This document shows positions 50,750 to 63,970 of a stretch of DNA of 64,000 nucleotides, piece after piece. The notes under the pieces are model-generated. The model did not search any database. It was not told the origin of the DNA and worked only from the letters and a program-made list of their open reading frames with translations. A program made the position numbers and the translations under genes. Within the stretch, counting starts at the first letter, position 1; every line of letters starts with the position of its first letter. Source of the stretch: Eledone cirrhosa (Eukaryota); contig OZ024746.1 in NCBI GenBank assembly GCA_964016885.1, positions 25,172,001-25,236,000 on the forward strand, in the 5' to 3' direction.

Positions 50750-52055
50750 TTTAGACTTCGACCCCCCCACTTATCCCCCACTAACACCACTAACACACCC
50801 CTCCTTTTCACCGCCCACCCTACAACTAACAATACTAACACCTCCACTCGACCCCTCATCCGACCACTCTTCCCCAACTAACATACTAACATCCCTCCCT
50901 TCTTCTCCTCCTCACCCCTACTTATTACACGCACACACCCAGCGGCACATATATACACGCGCTCACACTAAACACACACACTACTACCACCACTAACCCT
51001 CACCCCCACACCTCCATCCCACCACCCCGCAACTAACGTCACTATCACCCCCTGACCCCAAGCACACGAACACACGCACCCACCCCACACGCAACTAACA
51101 CCCCCCACCCCACACGCAACTAACACCCCCCAACCCCACTCACACGTACCCACACACCCTCGTAAACCACCAACTCTACACACCCTACCACCACTAACCC
51201 CCACTCACACCTGCATTCAACCCTTCCCCACCTCCCGTATACTAACACCCACTAACACCCCTTCATCTAACTACACACACACCAATACACCACACTCCCT
51301 CCATAGAACTACACACACCCTTCTCTCCCCGCTCACCCACACCCTCGCTCCACACTCACTCATCCCACTAACACCTCTACTAATACACACACACACACCC
51401 TCCTCACTCCAACTTTCACACCTACCCATCCTCGCCCCTTTACCATTCCACCGACTGCTGCTATGCCCTCTGACCACCTCCCAGCACAAACAGACACACA
51501 GCACTCCCACTGCTTGACCACTTCCTGTTGCGCACGCACCCCACATCTCTCCTCTTCCGACCATCTCTTCGTAGAATACTCGTATGCGGAACTTGACCAC
51601 CACAGAATCCACTAAACATCATAGGATTTTACCAACTTTTCAACCATCCTCTTACGGAACCACCTATATAACTCACCCACACACAACCCCCCCCCCCCCC
51701 AAAAAAAAAAAATTTTTTCTCCACACGCCACCTACACCCACAACACGCTTAAACCCCACACACACGTGCTTTCCACCACATATTTACACCCTCAGCCTCC
51801 TGATTCCTCTCCCCCCACCCCTCTATCCACACACGCAGACACTCCGACCTACAACCCCCCCCACACCTCTTCCTGAACATGCAACCCCCTTCTTCCCCCA
51901 ACCCTTACTTTCACATCCACACACACACACGTACACCTACACACACACACCACCTTCAGCCCTCCCCGCTCGGACACCCCGTCTCCCTCTCCCCACTCCA
52001 CCCGCCACCACCCCTACACGCCCCACACCCTTCCACCACCTGTTTTACCCCCCTT
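50750..52055. repeat. Extremely C/A-rich (G/T-rich on -) low-complexity tract with recurrent CTAACAC units
   Basis: Abrupt compositional switch at ~50750; G is almost absent on the + strand. Confidence 0.85.
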
Positions 52056-52225
52056 TTAATTTCAGTTTATTTTGATCATGCTTTTATATTTAATTATATT
52101 TCATTCCTTGTATTTTGATCATGCTTTATTTTTATTTTTAATTTCATTCGCACCGTTTCCTTTCGCTATATGTCTCTCCACCACTCCCCTGCACACCCTT
52201 TGAACTCTGTTCCCACACACTTCTC

Positions 52226-52257
52226 ACCTGAGGAAGGGCTTATGCCCGAAACGTCGT
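52226..52257 (+). ncRNA. Minimal hammerhead ribozyme motif (Penelope type)
   Basis: AC-CTGAGGA-A-GGGC ttat GCCC-GAAA-CG-TC^GT, with AATAAA about 37 nt downstream and then (TA)n. Confidence 0.72.
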
Positions 52258-53345
52258 TCCCCACCACCACCCCACTCTCCAGAGCGTGAAATTAATAAAC
52301 ATTCGTTGTACTGCCTCTCTGTTTTGTTCCTGTTCAAATTTTTCCATTATATATATGTCACATCCACTGATATGGATTCTGAACAACTGCATGCGCTTAG
52401 GTCACATTAAGGTCAACTGCAGGAATTGGTGATAAGTTACAAAAAATTTATTTTGTTGATATTTCCAGGTGTCGGATCGTGGGAAGATTAACACAAATAA
52501 AGAAGATATAACTTCTCCCCCATTATTGACACTTTGCAACAGTGAATGTTACAAGGCCTTTGTTTTAGGACCAACTCTATTTGACTTATTATGGTGTGCT
52601 TTCTTGTGTTATGTTTACTATAGAGGGAAAACGGGATGGTTTTATTGAATTGCTTCAGTCATTCGAAGGGCTTTACAAACGATGATATACAGGGTACTTT
52701 AACAGTACCTGAATATGTTCACTCGGTTATAATTTTTTCAATAAATGCGATGACTTCCTCAATTGTTGTGTTTGTTCTTGAGTGCTAAGGCAGTAAGTTT
52801 ACTATTCTTATACATAAGTTTGTTTAATGGATTTATCAATGAAGAAATAGAAGCTCCTATGACCCTTTTCAGGGTCTCTGAGTCTGGTGGATAGAGGGGG
52901 AAAAGTTATCTTCAGCCCTGAAACAAGTGCTTGTAACAGAATAGAGTATGTTAAAGATACTTAAGGGCTAGGTTGTGGTGGTGGTAGTGTTAAACAGGGC
53001 AACAGATTAAATTTTTCTAAAGGCCAGGTAGTGGTGGTGTTAAACAACAGGTTAGATTTTGTATGGTCACATGATTTGGCAGGAATGGATGTAGACTGTG
53101 TAGTGAAAAATGCATGCTTAGTAATTTTGCTAGTGTGGTCAGAGCAAGAACTGCTGTAAAGTAGGTTTGAAAGCTTACGAAACTAAGTTGAAATTATTTT
53201 GAGGAGAATAGGACTAACTAGGAGAAGTGGACGTGTTTAACGAACAAAATAAAAATAAATAAAAATTGGAATTGTTTAGGTGAAAAACGAAATATACAAG
53301 CAAAACTTGTTTGACTGACTGGCATTATCGCCCCCCTATTAAATA

Positions 53346-53618
53346 ATGTTTCGTTCTAAAAAACTTATCTTGTTTATCGCTCTGCTTTGTTTATTAATAT
53401 TTATTGTATGTTTACCTCTTATCATGGCTGTTCAACTACAACGTATCTTCGTCTACGGGACTCTTAAACGTGGTCAACCCAATCATTATGTTTTAGAAAA
53501 TGCCTCTAACGGTCTGGTAAAGTTTATAAACAATGCCACCACAGTTAAGCGTTATCCACTGGTCATAGCATCTCGTTTTAACATTCCTTTTATTTTACCA
53601 TATGAAGGGAAAGGACAT
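53346..53618 (+). CDS. GGACT: GGACT copy 2, exon 1, with a 26-aa hydrophobic N-terminal extension
   Basis: MFRSKKLILFIALLCLLIFIVCLPLI then MAVQLQRIFVYGTLKRGQPNH; 91 codons followed by GTAAGT at the same position as in copy 1. Confidence 0.9.
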
Positions 53619-53769
53619 GTAAGTATGATTAGTAATTTCGTATCTTTTTAGTTTTTTAAAAAATATCAACACTATTACCGTGATTTAACAGTAAATTATA
53701 TTTTTCAGTTTGCAGCTCTCGAGTCGTTCGCAAGAGATTTTGTTACCGTTGGCATCTCATCTTCCTAAA

Positions 53770-54075
53770 GTATCAGGGGGTGCTCCTGGTGTCGGTGCTT
53801 GACTGTTCTAGCGCCTTGTGAGGGTGCGGAACTAATCTACGCCTTAGCCTCACTACCACCCGGCCATACCGGAGTGTCAAATGATGCTCATGGCGAGGGT
53901 GCTTGGCTGTTCGAGTGCTTTACCCTTACTATCACCCGGCCACACTGAGGTATCAGGGGATTCTTCTGGCGAGGGTGCTTGGCTATTCAAGCACATTAGC
54001 CTTGCTATCACTCGGCCTTACTGAAGTATCGGGTGAAGTTCTTATTGCAGTAACTTAGCGTCGTTATCACCCGCA
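53770..54075. repeat. Degenerate ~75-bp GC-rich tandem repeat (GGCGAGGGTGCTTGGCT...CTATCACCCGGCC) in the GGACT copy 2 intron
   Basis: Three to four units, plus another near 54295-54360. Confidence 0.65.
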
Positions 54076-56215
54076 GCTTGCCTAAAAAAATATTTAGAAG
54101 GAAATCCGAGCATTCCTCTCTGAATAATTTCTGGGGTTTTTTTTGTAAATCGTATTTATTATACTTATAGATATCTCTGAATAACTCTTAATAAAGTAAT
54201 TGTTTGTTACACATCAAAACAGACACTTCTTGCTTCCGACCGTGGGGATTTTCTTGTAGACTCTCCCACCTCAAGTTAAAAACTCACCTTACTGGGGTGT
54301 CAGGTGATTTCCGTGAGGGTGCCTGGTTATTTCAGCGCATTAGCTTCGCCATCACCCGTGTTAATGCTGCGAGCGTGTCTGGCTTGCCTGAAAGTGTGTA
54401 GTTAACACCTAAGGTGTGATGTGCGGCCGATTGTTGCACTCGGTGGGGAATTATCCCCACCCTCTGTTTTCTTTCCTTTATCATTTTTGTTCAATAAATT
54501 ATATTATTATATACATTGTATTTATTATATGTGTTTATATTTTCATTCTGAAAGAACTGAACATTTTGTAATGTTATCTATACAACTGTAAATAAAACTA
54601 TTAAAAGTTTTTTACGTAGTCGTTCTACCAGCTGAGAAAAAAAATAGCAGCCAAATTTTATTTAAATCACACCGCACAATTGTGGAGACGAAACGGTTAT
54701 ATTGAATCATATGGTCCTCAATATACACTTTATAAAGCGCCATAGTCAAAGTCTTTAATCAGACCAGGTCAGCTTGTTCAAAGCTAGATTGACATGGTTG
54801 TAAACAACAACAGCAGAGTCTCTATGTAGTCATTCAACCTGCTAGAAATAGCAGCCACGGTTCCCTCAAAATCATACGTAACAAAGAAAATTAAGAAATA
54901 AAAAGAGAAAAGAAAAGGAAAAAAACAAAGAAAATATACATTAGATAAATGATTCTTAACTTAACCATAACTATACCAATGACTCTTGCCTGTAACAATT
55001 ATTTTGTTAGTATTGATCTTTGTTCTTTGTAATTAATACTGCTTATCGACTTAGACATTGTTAACAGTCATATATTTATCTAACCATATATACAGAGAGA
55101 GAGAGAGAGAGAGAATGGGTATTAAATGACGATGGTTATATATATGTATATACACAACAAGCTTCTACACAGTTTCCGTCTACTAAATTTCACTCACAAG
55201 ACATTAGTAACCTGGTGCTATAGTAGAAGACACTTTTCCAAGATACAACACAGGGGGATTGAACCTGAAACCTTATGGTTGCAAAGCAAACTCCTTAACC
55301 ACACATTTTTGTTCCAGTCATTCTTCTCATGTGAATTCATGAACAAATGTTTTAACACCTTTCGTGCTAACTTCGTGTGGCCCCCATGACAAGCTTCATA
55401 TTCAATCATTTAGTCCTTTTCAAGACAATGTTTTACAGCCATATCCCCTTCCATGCCAATCCTTTAGTCACTTCTTATGTAGAGATATAATGCTGCTTTA
55501 TCCATGGTAATTTTCTACAGCCTAAATTTACTCACAAAGCATTGGTCAGCGAAAGGGGCCTGCACAGCAGGATCAAACCCAGAACTAAATACTTTAGAAA
55601 CAAACTTCTAAACTACACAGCCATGACTGCTAAAGCAGATATTAATAATACAGTTATTTCCTTCATTTGAATGACTAAACTGAAATGATGATGATACTGC
55701 AATTCTGATATTTTAGGTTTTTATCACAAAATGTATTTAACAAGTAATTAGTTTTAGTGATCTCATCATAAAATGTTTGTTTCGACCTAAACCTATTTCT
55801 TTGTAATCAACAGGTGTATCTTGCACACTCATACACACACACACACACACACACATATACCTATATAGATGTTACCACTATGACGTGGCAAATGAAGAAA
55901 TAGTGGGCTGAAAGGACACATCCAACCCATGCAACCATGGAAAAACGGATGCAAAAATGATGATAATTATATATATATGTATATATATATACACACACAC
56001 ACAACAGGCTTCATATAGTTACTGCCAATTTCAAGGCTGTAGTTGAAGATACCTATCCATGGTGCCACACAGTGGGATAGAACCTAGACCATGTGGGTGC
56101 AAAGTAAACTTCTTATCCACACAGCCATGTCTGCTCCTGTACAAATCAATATCATCATCTTCAACATAAATGTTTTAACTGCTTATCCATAACAACTGTC
56201 TTTTCTCTTTTGTAG

Positions 56216-56503
56216 TCAATATCTGGTGAAATCTATGATGTGGACGAAACAATGCTTACACTATTAGACAAGTTTGAGCAGCATCCAAATGTCTATAAAC
56301 GTGAAGAGATATCAGTTAATTTTGACAATACTACTTCTATGTCTTGGTGCTATATTCTTCAGAGGCCTAAATCTAAACTTCTAGACCTAAAGTTTCTTGA
56401 AACCTATGACAATAATAAATATGTTGCAGAAGAAAAATATATTGGGCGTACTAAGAGTAGTGAAGATAGACAATATCACCTTGAAGTTATGGAGTCAACT
56501 TAA
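56216..56503 (+). CDS. GGACT: GGACT copy 2, exon 2 (SISGEIYDVDETMLTLLDKFEQHPNVYKR...)
   Basis: TTTGTAG acceptor, phase 0; LDxFE.HP..Y.R motif; TAA stop. Confidence 0.92.
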   Translation, partial: SISGEIYDVDETMLTLLDKFEQHPNVYKREEISVNFDNTTSMSWCYILQRPKSKLLDLKFLETYDNNKYVAEEKYIGRTKSSEDRQYHLEVMEST

Positions 56504-57329
56504 TTATTAACACTAAACATGTTTAAATTTGTATATCAACCATACATTTATTTTCCGTGTGAAATATTTGATTAGACAAAGCAAATGCAATGATATTCAA
56601 AATTAATCATAAATAAAAACTAAAGATATACACATTCCCTCCATTACACACTACAATGAGTGTTGGTCTCTAAACGTTTTTGAAGTAACCTCAAACATTT
56701 ATTTTTATCTAAAGTCCTATTAATTTTATTTCATAAAAATAAAAGAGAAACCAAATTATTTTTATTGTTTTGTTGATATCTCAACTGTATGTAATTTCTG
56801 TTTTTTTTTTATGGTTTAGCCAGAAAAGGAAAGCCTTTTCAGGCTCTCTACAACTGATGGGAGAAGGGGAAGGAGGTATTGTGAAACTAGAGACCTAGCT
56901 CAAATGCTTGGAACAAAGTGAACTCAGATGTTGAAGCATGGAGAGAAAGGTGGGGAAGGGGTGTGACAACCCCAGGTAACCTTATCAGAGCAGGTTGTGG
57001 GGACATCCAACCAAAGAGTAAACAATGTTCTCCATTCAATATGGTTACTAAACACAGCTACTTGGATTTTTCTAGCAGCCATCCAAAATCTGCATCCAGT
57101 TTTCTTTCCAGATCAAATGTCTGAGAAAATTATTAACTTGAAATTTGATGCATATGCTTGGACAAAACTTATGTGGCTGGAGGCACAGGTGTATGTAGTT
57201 CTTCAATATATATATATATATACCATCATCAGTGTTTAATATCCACTTTTCCATGCTGGGTTACAAGAGTTGTCCTGTTGTGAGATAGGTCAGGTGACTA
57301 TGTCTTGCTCATACAGAACTGGCTTTGGC

Positions 57330-57361
<32 letters not shown>

Positions 57362-57489
57362 TGTATATATATTTCAAATCCCACCGAAGTTAGTTTTGTC
57401 TTTCATCCTTACAGGGTTGATAAAATAAAGTACCAGTCACGCACTGGGTCAATTTAATCGACTTTCCCCAATTGATGATAAGATGACTG

Positions 57490-58345
57490 ACTGCTATGGC
57501 AAGTGCTTTCTCTCAGTTCTTCAGTTCTCATTTACAGGCTTACATTTAAGGCAGGCTTATTCCCTCAGACCATGCTTGCCACTCTTTCAACAAAATGACT
57601 GGAAAACAATATTTCCCTTTTCACCCTGATTTTCCTCTTCAAGTGAAACTTGAAGTTGATGGCGAATGTTGACCACACCTGTTCACCATCAAGGAAATGT
57701 TGGAGATTGCCTCAGCACGTTTGTGCATCATCAGCCATGTCGTGCCCAGTAGTAGATAACAGAGGCGATATACACATTCACCACCTCCTCTCAACATTTA
57801 GTTTCTTCTTGGCACATTTCTGGGTAAAAGTGACCACCCTGCTCGTTAACTCATCCCAGTTTTTGTTCACCTGGAGATCTGGACCGAAACAGATCTCAAA
57901 CAACTTAACCGACCCGTCTGTCCAGCACCTAACGAAGTTGTTGAACGGCATGGACCTACTTGTCCAGTTGCAGGCCCACCTACTTTTGCTGATTAATTTT
58001 TGCTCCTGTCATTGCCTTGTATTCTCTTAGACTAGTGCCAATCATCTCAATGTATTTGGTGCTTGACACTACTTCAATGTTGTCTTTGGCATATGCCGAC
58101 ACAGATATCTCACATCATAGTTCACCACACAGGACACCCTCCCATGCCTCTAACTTGTGTAGTAACGACTCAAGAGTCAGTACGTATAAGAGGGACACCC
58201 CTGGTGCACCGAATGCATGATGCTGAACGACTCTGATAGGTGGCCATTCACTCTGACAACTGAGCAGATGTCACTGTAGGTTGCAGTGATCCATCCTTTG
58301 GGAACAGGACCAAAACCGGCCGCCCTGAATAGAATGTGTGGTGAT
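57490..58345 (-). pseudogene. Degraded L1/Tx1-clade reverse transcriptase fragment
   Basis: AAGFGP...WI...YS....VRVNGHLSESF....SVHQGCP (VRQGCPLS relic) and a SAYAxD relic near 58080-58100; multiple disruptions. Confidence 0.8.
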
Positions 58346-61300
58346 ATTCTTTCCGGTTCTCTGCCAAGATCGGTTTTGCTTTTCATTCTTTCGAGGTCGA
58401 TAAACAAAGTACTTGGTTGACTCTTTCTGTCTTTCTCTTTAAGAAATCGGCTGATTTCAGCCATGTTTAAATGCCCAAATATGTAACGACAATGCAGTCC
58501 ACTGAGATAAGGGCCCTTAAATGGACCCATGGAATAAAATTTACAGAGTGAAATTATGGTCATACACCGTTTTCACACAGTTAACCGGAAGTAATATGGC
58601 AGTCGAACCAACAAGCTGTTATGTTTATGTTGATTCTTACACTTTAAACTGGGATTTTATCGCTTTCCCCAGGTATTTTACATAATTCTCATCACTGTAT
58701 TATTTTTCTGAAGCGATTAGAATGCATATAAGATTTCTTTATAAAATAACTTTGCTGTAAAACATCTATAGTCTTCGTTATTTATATATATTTAAAAAAA
58801 CACACACATACACAACAGAACCAACAAAAACATTGTTGTTTTTAATATTACAGTTCGTTTATAACTTTCCTAATTTTCGTAATTAATCTTTTCGTTTAAT
58901 ATTTCAAGTATTTCCTTAAATAAAATTAGTTGAGTTATAGAGAAAAAACAATCATAATAGAACTGAATCTCTGTTTATTGCATTAATATTGGAAAGGAAA
59001 TAGATTACGAACGAAACACGACCGACCTAATTTCAACTTGAAATCCTTAATTATAAACACACACACATATATATATTTATAAAGAAAGAAAGAAAAATCT
59101 GAAAACAAGATATATTCTGAATACAAGTATGAGAAACAACTGCCGATATAACAACATTCAATATTTATGTTTCATTACACAATACTCACCTCATTCTTAT
59201 TATATTGGTCAAATTTACCTTTCGTGCTTTCGAGGTCGATAAAATAAAGTACTAGGATATATATGATCGATTTGCCCTCCCATACATTTCTGGTTTGTGC
59301 CTAAATTGTAAATCGTTATATTGAGGCCTGGGAATTGGCAAAACCAATAGGGCGTCGCACAAAATTCTTTCCGCTGCTTCTTTCAGCTCTTTACGTTCTG
59401 AGTTCAAATTCCAACTTCACCCTCCTGCAAATTTGTGTCTAAACTTGTAAAAAAAAAAAAAAAAAAATAAATAAATAAATAAAATTTACAGCTCACACCT
59501 ATGCAGGTTTATTTGGTCTACAAGATTGTACGTTACAGGATGCTTCTCTGGTGTTTTTTTTTTAAATAATAGTGGCCTCACTCGTATCGTGAAATGTACA
59601 GCTCATACCTAAGCAGGTTTCACTGACCACCTACGAGGTTGTTTCTCACAGAAGGTTCTTCGGGTGTTTTAATGATCACTAGAAAACAACGTGAAATTAA
59701 GTGCCTTGCTCAAGAAAACAATACGCCGATCGATGCTGGAATTGAACCCACAACCTTATGGTTCTGAGTTCAACACACTGACCACAATATCGTCGGACAA
59801 ATGCTTCGTAGTATTTGTTCCGGTTCTTTACGTTCTGCGTTCAAATCCCGCCGCGGTTAAATTTGCCTTTCATCCTTCGGCATGTCCAATTGATATAATC
59901 GACTTTTCCATTCCCTAAATCGCTGACGATGTGCCAATATTAGAAAGAATTATTAGATGCATTCCTTACTAAACAACTTTCAAGTCCTTATTGAATACTA
60001 GTTATTAACTGTTATTTAAATTGACTTTTTCTTGCTCTTTTAAAAACCGTTGACCTTCTTTTAACTGTACTACGTCTGTTAGTTTTACTGTCATTTGTTA
60101 TTCTTCTTTCCTGTGGCCCTGCAGGGTGGGATTACCCCTCCTTAACACGAACTAGGTCGTTGGTTGTCGCGAAGTCTTTACAGGATATCTGTGAAGGCTG
60201 AGTGGTTAGGCTGTTTGGCTCTTGATCGCGAATTCGATTTCTAGGCCGAGCGGTATGTTGCATCCTTGAGCAAGACACTTTATTTCATGTTGTTCTAGCC
60301 CACTCAGATGGCAAAAACGAGTCGTATCTGGAATTCAAAGGGCCAGCTGAATGTCCCTGATAGCTATGTTATGGGTGCACGTGTCTATGGAATGCTCAGT
60401 CACCTGTACGTTAATTTCACGTACAGGTTGTTTAATTGATCGAACAACTGTGACATAGGTCTATCGTGCACATAAATATCAGATTATCATACTACTACTT
60501 AGGGCGGTGGATTGGCAGTATCGCTAGAGGGTCGGATGCCATGCTTTACAGCATAGAGTTACGGCCATTTATGATCTGAGTTCAAATTCCGCCAAGGTTA
60601 ACTTTGCCTTTCATCCTTATGGGGTCGTACTGGGGTTGATTTAATCGACTTTCCTCTCTCCCAAAAATTCCTTGACTTGTGCCTATATAAGAAACCATTA
60701 TCATACTACTACTACTAACTTATTAACATTTACCACAAATAGTTTCTGTTGCTTTCGAGTCTCCTCGTTTTATTTGACTTAATACAGTTGTCTTTAGACC
60801 AGCTTGAAATGTAAAATATTTTAAAACCTAGCATTTTTATAAAATTAATCATTTTTATCCATTTTCTGCGAAATGAATTATTATTATTGGCGGTAACGGT
60901 AGAGCGTCAGACAACATGCTTTCCAGCATATAGTTACGGCCCTTTACATTTTGAGTTCAAATCCCGCCGAGGTTAGCTTTACTTTTCGTCCTTACAGGGT
61001 CGATAAGATAAAGTACCAGTAACGCACTGGGATTGATTTAATCGACTTTCCCCTCCCACAAAATTGTTGGCCTTGTTTAAATCAGAAACTATTATTTTAT
61101 TTCTTTACTGATTTCAGTCAGTAGACTGCGGCCATGCTGGGGAACTACCTTAAAGGGATTAAGGCGGTACTCATCAGATATCAACGCCAGTATTTATTTT
61201 CTTCAAATCTGGTAATTAGTTTATCGATCACACACATACACCAACATCGTCATCACTCTTTTAACGTCTATTTTCCATGCTTGCATGGGTTAGAAGGGTT

Positions 61301-63639
61301 GTCAGGTTCTGAAGTTAGATTAGTCAGGTGACTGTGTTTTACTCATATGTTCCATTTTGGGCATGGTTTTTACAGCTGGATGCCCTTCCTAACATCAACC
61401 ATCTTACAGCGTTCACAGGAAACATTTAATCATGACTCTGGCACTACCACTTTACAAGGTGAAATGGGAGTTTTTGTCATGGCACCAACACTTCCACATT
61501 ACAGTGCAGACCAGGCGCTTTTTATCATGGCCCCGACACTACCACTTTACAAAGTAGGCTGGCACCATCGCTGGGGAGACATTGATAGGAATGGTGGTGG
61601 TGCTGGTGGTTGGGTCACCATAATGTGGGTGAGGAAGTCTTGGGTTACGGGGAAGGTCTTGAGAGTGATTTGCATCTCTCACTATACTGTGAAGTGTGCA
61701 TAGCTTTCCATTGCTGGCATGGGTTGGACAAGGAAGTGAATCAGGAATGTGGGTAGGAGCAGGGGCCATATCTTGTTGTCAAGGGTTGGGTAATAAATGA
61801 TGTGGAAACACAGTATTTCTTTTTTACATGCCAACACGGGTTAGATGAGTGAAGTTGGGAGGAGGGTGAAGAATGTGGATGGAGGCGTACTTGTAGAGGG
61901 GAGTTAAGGTGAGGAAGGTGGACAAAGGGTTCAGACATGTCTACCTCTTTCTTTGCTTGTGTGGGAAGGTGAATCTTTAGTAGTACAGCATGTCTCCAGA
62001 TGACTTGATCTTGTATCATCTCCTTCGTGAAGTTCAACTTGTATATATTTTTAAAAACCCTCTGAATGGAAAAAAGGATGAATATTGACGTAAATGGGGC
62101 ACGATCCCTATCTTTGGTTTGCATGAGTGGCATGTTGGTATAATGGTTACACATTGGTCCGGCAAATCAAAGATGTGGGTTCGTGTCCTAAGTACATCAA
62201 TACTCATCCTTTTTTCCATTCAGAGGGTTTTTTAATCCCAACAAACAGACTAATTCTATTTAGTCAAATACGGCATAAGCACATGTTACTACCTAATTTT
62301 CAAATTCGCTATACATTTGTAAACAAAGCTTGCTTTGTGTCTCCTTATATATATATATATATATATATCATCTTATTTATCATTGTTTTAACATTTCCCT
62401 GCTAGCAAGGGTTGGACAGGTACATAGTCCAAGTAAGTACAGAAGTGGCACTACTAACCTCCCAGACGAGCCAGGAATCAGCATCTTGCTTACCTATGGT
62501 CACACATTCTACCGAATACACAGGAGAGATTGTCATGTCTTTGACACACACAACACACACATATATCATCACCATCATCATCACCGTTTTACGTCCATTC
62601 TTCCACACTAGCATGAGTTAGACGGGTTGTTCTGTTATGGGCAATTCCAGGTCAGTTGACCATATCTTGCTCATACAAAACTGATTTGGGCTTGATCTCT
62701 ACAGCTTGATGCCCTCCCTAACACCAACCTCATTAACAGTGAGTACTGGGTGCTTTTTTACCGTGGCGCCTAAACGACCACTTTACAGTGTGGACTGGGT
62801 GCTTTTTTGTTGTGACACCTACATGACCACTTTACGGTAGAAGGGGTGGGGGCATACTCTCTATATGCTTCAGCTTCAGTTTGTACCTGTGGGAAGTCAG
62901 ATCTACTGTATTACTGCATAGCGCCTTACTTTTGAGATCGATAACTTTATTTTTCTCACAATCTTTTTCCTCAAATTTAGCAATTGTCTTTTCTATACCT
63001 TCTTCTCCTACTTATGTAAATCTGTTTTTATACATATATATATGCCTGTCTACATGAGTGTGTGTGTGTGTGTGAGAAAAATGAAAGACAAAGTTGACCT
63101 TGGTGGGATTTAAACTCAGAGTGCAATGAGTTGGAACAAATATCACAAGATATTTTGTCTTATGCCCTATATCTTTCATGACCAGATTTCTAATTAAATA
63201 CATTGCCTATGATTTTCAATAATCTTACCTTATTCCTTCCATTGTTTTGGTTAGTAAATTAAAAATTTAACTCTATTTCCAACATTGTTTTGTAGATTTA
63301 GTGTTGCATAGAGAACACAATAGCTGGAAGAATGACGCTAGATCTGCACACTGTGAAAGAAGACTTTGCTGTTATGGTCCAGAAGGTGCAACCATGGACA
63401 TTATCACAATTTGTTATGTGGTTAGATTTGAAAGTTGCTGAATATAAAGTCCATGGCTACATGATTTTGGGTGAATAACAATTTTATTACTGCTTTATTA
63501 GACTGTGGCCATATTGGAGTACAGCCTTAAACAGATTTTAATCAATCAAATACTTATTCTTTCAAGACAGGAACTCATCTTATCAATCTCTTTATTGTTG
63601 AACCACTAAGTTACAGAACATAAAACAAAGTCACACATA

Positions 63640-63662
63640 CATACATATATATATTGTATATA

Positions 63663-63704
<42 letters not shown>

Positions 63705-63716
63705 TAGATATATATA

Positions 63717-63803
<87 letters not shown>

Positions 63804-63869
63804 TATAAATATACACACATATACATAATAAATATATATATATATATATATATTATGTATATATGTGTA

Positions 63870-63928
<59 letters not shown>

Positions 63929-63970
63929 ATATATATGTGTGTGTGTGTGTATATATATATATGTATATAT
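63640..63970. repeat. (TA)n/(TG)n compound microsatellite
   Basis: Direct observation. Similar tracts lie at 28590-28845, 34474-34760 and 41897-41999. Confidence 0.95.

Larger units (their letters stand above)
47790..50750 (-). mobile_element. Penelope-like retroelement (Naiad-type), 5'-truncated
   Basis: RT + GIY-YIG coding region, long AT-rich 3' tail, terminal hammerhead, and (TA)n/(TG)n flank. Confidence 0.85.

Noticed and set aside
50750-52055. G-rich strand as an ADAR hyper-edited retrocopy of the PLE, or as interstitial telomere
   Set aside because: The remaining A residues on the - strand are often in TAG context, which ADAR prefers to edit; no RT motifs are recoverable upstream; true (TTAGGG)n runs are absent. 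The Pro/Thr/His ORFs are compositional.
58177-58563. 128-aa ORF as an intact gene
   Set aside because: It is chimeric: only the C-terminal part is a Tx1/L1 RT relic, and the rest is unrelated sequence.
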